From a virus, in the IMG/VR virus record IMGVR_UViG_3300045988_017048, positions 32,001 to 96,000 of that record: a stretch of DNA of 64,000 nucleotides; one strand, 5' to 3'. The notes under the pieces were generated by a model. The model saw nothing but the letters and a program-made list of their open reading frames with translations, was not told the DNA's origin and searched no databases. Of this stretch, positions 61,501 through 64,000 are shown one piece after another. Position numbers and translations under genes: made by a program. The first letter of the stretch is position 1; every line of letters begins with the position of its first letter.

Positions 61501-64000
61501 TTTAAGGATAGATTCTCACCTGAATATAAGAAGCCTGTAGAGAAAAGAGAGGGAGCTGTAAGAGGTGATGATAGAACTACTACAGGAGATAGTGGAACTG
61601 CAACTACTCCTACTGTAACAAGTAGTGAGGACTTACCTACAACAGAATTACCTGTAGGTAATATAACTGCTGAAATGGTCAGTGAGGAGAATAAGAAAGC
61701 CAATGAGAGGGTAGAGACTCCACAGAGACCAAGTAGAGATACCTCCAATCAATTCTATAGACCTGCTATACCTGAACTACATATAGAGGCAAGCAAGGAA
61801 GGAGACTTCAGACCATTTGATGTTGTAGCAAGTGAGAGAGAAAAAGGTGTAGACTTCTCTGGTATTTATGGCTATCTAAGAGATAGTGGAGCATTTAGAT
61901 ACCTAAATGAAGGTAACTTAAAAGCAGGTGATGAACTTGGCTTTATGATTGACCCTTCATTCAATGACCACACCATATTTATTATAGATAAAAGGAATGG
62001 TCAAGTAGTAGGTAGTTTAGATGAATCTGACTATAGTGTTTCAAGGTATGAGGGCCTGAAGGGTCTTGAAGAGAAGATAAGGAAGGAGTATGCAGGAAGA
62101 GGTTCTGTACCAGTAGCACAAAAGGATGACTTAATACATATTACTAATACATCTCAAGGATATTCTGATTTAGGAGAAATACAAGAGTGGTCAAAAAAGA
62201 CAGCAGATGTTAGAACAGAACCTGATGGTTTTGGTGTTAAGAATGGATTGACTTATTTTAAAAAGTCTCATAAAGGAGGAAGAGGCGGAGATAATATTAC
62301 TATATGGTTTAGGAATGAGCCAAGTCAAAAGATAAAGGATAGTATAGAACAATTACTTAGTTCTTCTAAAGACCTTAATGAGTTTGGAGATAAAGTTACT
62401 GAACTCATTAGAGACACTCAATCTAAAGGTAAATTTATTGCCACACCTACTACAAGGGTATCTAAGGTAATGATAGGTAGGATTCCTTATGGTAATACTG
62501 AAAGGAGTTTGTCTGAAATACCTAATGTATCTTCAACTGATAGAAAGCCTATCTTTGGTATTATAAAGAATGGTGTACTTACTACCAATAGTAAGATTGA
62601 TGACAGTCTTATTATTAAGCCAGTGGATATGAGCCAAAAGGAGGGTAGATTATATCTGCTTATACCTAATGGAGCTGGTAAGTATTCTCCTGCTGCTGTA
62701 AGAGTTAAGCACTTTAATAATGAAGAGTTTAATCTGAATGACAACAGTATAAGTTCTACTCCTGTTGGAGAAGATATAAAGAATGCCATTACTAAGTTAT
62801 CAACTGCTACATCACAGGATGATGTATCTGCTGCTATGCAAGACTTAGCACAAGATTTGTATATGCAGGACATCATGGTTACTTGGTTTAGTAGCAAGGC
62901 AGGTGATGGTATTGTTATCAGTAAGAAGGTGAGAAAGCCAGATGGTACTTATGAGAAAGTAACCATTGATGGAAAGGAGCAAATCAAGGAGGATAAGTAT
63001 GATGTATATTTCTCTACAAGTAGTAAGAGTGCAGAGATTGGAGGTATAAACTTTGATGTAACTGCTCTTGAAGCTTTAGGAGATACAAGTGCATTAGGTG
63101 CTCCCAAGAATCCTGAGGATATATACAATGAGATACTCGGACACCTTGTTAAGTTCAATCTTCCTCTGCAAGTCAGTACAAGGAGAATAAATGAAGGTGC
63201 ATACAACAATAGATTGATAAACTCTAATATCCTTACTTCAAATATTACTGAGGCTTCAGTAAGAAGTACTTGGTTTACAACTGACTACTTTGATAATGAA
63301 GGTAATCTACATCAAGCTATAAGTCCAGCTTCTGTAGCCCCTCAGCCTAAGAGGAAGATAGAGACTCCTGTAGGTGGCACTGAAGGTGCTATAAAGGGTA
63401 TTTATATGCAGCCAGCAGGATTTACATATCCAGTATATGTAGATTTATCTACTCACACTATAAGGGATAATCAAGGTAAAGCTATCATTATTAATGAAGG
63501 TTCAACAAAATTATTATTTGATTTAGCTTGGGCACAAGAGAACTTTGGAGATGCTACTAATTCCTCAATGATGGTAGATAACAAAGTTCTTACTCCTGAT
63601 GGTAAGGTACTTGATAGAAATAAACAGACATATCTTAGTGGTCAAGAGGCACAAGATGTTAAGGATACTATTGCAGGTAGAAAGAAAGAAAGAGAGGATA
63701 GAGTTGCCAAGTCTAAGGAGGTTGTCAGTGAAATATATGAGAACCAGAAGAGGGTAGATAAGACAAGAACTGATGGTGAGTTTTATTATGTACTTGAAGA
63801 TGATGGTGAATATCATCAGTATAGTAGAGTACATAGCAGATTAGGCTCCAATTGGGTAGAATCTGACAAGCAAGCAAAGGCTCTTGAATTAGTAAGACTT
63901 AATCTTAGCAAGTTTGTAGATAATCCCACTCAGTTTGAGAATTACCTGAAATACTTGGAGAACAAGTTTAAGGTAGACTTGACTGCCTACAGAGGTAAGA
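58567..64000 (+). CDS. giant virion protein, first 1811 codons (ORF open at window end; absent from supplied track)
   Basis: ATG at 58567 (MAKETKVKDIDITKSGPMTF...). I read frame 1 by hand to 64000 without encountering a stop. It starts 4 nt after the previous stop. Confidence 0.75.
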   Translation, partial: MAKETKVKDIDITKSGPMTFRDLQKANQKPYTNLSPEFQSFSMNVGASTAPTSLYDARAHGEQMVQSSLEGTATPWGESTFDEPTTTEAQFQELGDIRAENQPWYAQIGAGLAKGAILAGTTFLDGTLGLLFGGKTAIEEDRWSGIWDNDFSKAMQSVNEWSEQALPNYYTKAEQEQPWYENIFTANFLGDKFIKNLGFTVGAFYSGGVTAAGLKATKLPQLIGAIAKSSKAPAIVNSAVGATISAVNEGRIEALNNSKDWFELHKAQLDDTYRDRIQAIQNRYEDTKGTLVSTREGQMVDPAYIEYQNAIKKEQESYNAALGKLSEDRLKMGNADLLMNIPILTASNIIQFGKLYANGFKTARRTTNIVGKAGEYTAGTTRLGATAAITKGALSEGNEEILQVAASRIAGNYYSTDVNNFYKSKTDPEAAQETLSWTKSFAEGINETVNDGSAWEEFFIGSLTGALGIPRFRGVRSESGSLQSPITIEGGAINEWRDYNEKIARENKIANYMNSRVNSPEFKNYYQGLIRHNKYQNDMNRAAEKGDEFNFKNAEHAQLVSDIAMFDNAGRMEDLTTLIDAAFDTSDENLASIVENTTTTLEDGSKVGPFVDKNGNPMYATPEGKQEMIEKLQQNHDEMTNTINNYLKIKDELDIKTGQQLSDDQLEELTWMKSQIGNWAERATAMSGEVKSAIGNVIGNLDYLLKFNQQVRDFEGQHHADLTDRYKQADKNVRAIEGAINTLNMVRGQDDKVLAHTLATNPKFVDGLIKEINEVDETVLSADDKEDITTKLNDIVKLGNASKTYNAKLKEYLEDPQKQAEDHAKADEQAAQQETKKKSDDLKTSLNAAQNLQEFRSTIDAQDDTENRDRVLKELEDEGSEMAKSYRETSQYNNEVRRVLNESDAEPQVKQDAMKLLQDQFSNSENLEQLANPNSIYINNENAFDEDSEGDVELSATRFQEAQYELQKAMSQVNNDNRFKDRFSPEYKKPVEKREGAVRGDDRTTTGDSGTATTPTVTSSEDLPTTELPVGNITAEMVSEENKKANERVETPQRPSRDTSNQFYRPAIPELHIEASKEGDFRPFDVVASEREKGVDFSGIYGYLRDSGAFRYLNEGNLKAGDELGFMIDPSFNDHTIFIIDKRNGQVVGSLDESDYSVSRYEGLKGLEEKIRKEYAGRGSVPVAQKDDLIHITNTSQGYSDLGEIQEWSKKTADVRTEPDGFGVKNGLTYFKKSHKGGRGGDNITIWFRNEPSQKIKDSIEQLLSSSKDLNEFGDKVTELIRDTQSKGKFIATPTTRVSKVMIGRIPYGNTERSLSEIPNVSSTDRKPIFGIIKNGVLTTNSKIDDSLIIKPVDMSQKEGRLYLLIPNGAGKYSPAAVRVKHFNNEEFNLNDNSISSTPVGEDIKNAITKLSTATSQDDVSAAMQDLAQDLYMQDIMVTWFSSKAGDGIVISKKVRKPDGTYEKVTIDGKEQIKEDKYDVYFSTSSKSAEIGGINFDVTALEALGDTSALGAPKNPEDIYNEILGHLVKFNLPLQVSTRRINEGAYNNRLINSNILTSNITEASVRSTWFTTDYFDNEGNLHQAISPASVAPQPKRKIETPVGGTEGAIKGIYMQPAGFTYPVYVDLSTHTIRDNQGKAIIINEGSTKLLFDLAWAQENFGDATNSSMMVDNKVLTPDGKVLDRNKQTYLSGQEAQDVKDTIAGRKKEREDRVAKSKEVVSEIYENQKRVDKTRTDGEFYYVLEDDGEYHQYSRVHSRLGSNWVESDKQAKALELVRLNLSKFVDNPTQFENYLKYLENKFKVDLTAYRGK

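Noticed and set aside
1-64000. CRISPR arrays, integrase/lysogeny module, rRNA genes and a diversity-generating retroelement.
   Set aside because: I noticed no repeat-spacer periodicity, no tyrosine/serine recombinase motifs, no reverse-transcriptase ORF and no rRNA-like sequence. A DGR template/variable repeat pair cannot be excluded without a computational self-alignment.
58567-64000. Calling the giant ORF the virion RNA polymerase.
   Set aside because: No DxDxD/DPBB catalytic signature was seen in the 1811 codons available. I kept it as a generic giant virion/cargo protein.

Overview
The window reads as one contiguous piece of a crAss-like (Crassvirales-type) phage of a Bacteroidota host. 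This is inferred from gene content, gene order and promoter type; no database search was possible.

Two divergent arms meet at about 19.15-19.4 kb.

- **Leftward arm (minus strand, 1-19152).** This is a replication/early arm. It encodes a TOPRIM primase, an AAA_24/Sak4-like ATPase, a DnaB-like helicase and an SF2 DExH helicase. It also carries a glucosaminidase-type wall hydrolase, an HNH-AP2 endonuclease, an SPFH lipoprotein, a type I phosphoribosyltransferase and many small unknown ORFs.
- **RNA genes in the leftward arm.** There are two tRNA-Arg genes, two non-canonical tRNA-like elements and a roughly 381 nt tmRNA (ssrA-like) gene.
- **Rightward arm (plus strand, 19658-64000).** It opens with an array of 29 tRNA genes (20272-24677). 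Together with the minus-strand genes these cover all 20 amino acids. The array is interrupted by an endonuclease VII-like gene and small ORFs.
- **Rest of the rightward arm.** A block of small genes is followed by a virion module: large terminase, portal, fibre-like proteins and a candidate lysis cluster. Then come a putative scaffold, the major capsid protein, tandem paralogous structural genes, a 1588 aa tail protein and large ejection/cargo-type proteins.
- **ORFs missing from the supplied track.** An ORF starts at 58567 and is still open at 64000. A minus-strand ORF from 693 is open at position 1. Both are absent from the track because they run off the window.

The plus arm is punctuated by Bacteroidota-type promoters (TTG-N~20-TAnnTTTG) and strong intrinsic terminators. 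I found no such promoters in the minus-arm intergenic regions.

The standard genetic code appears to be used. I saw no suppressor tRNA, CRISPR array, integrase or rRNA.

The most notable item is the phage-borne tmRNA with a tag ORF (GNTSYRVAA-stop).

All calls were made by eye from the sequence. RNA boundaries are about +/-2 nt.
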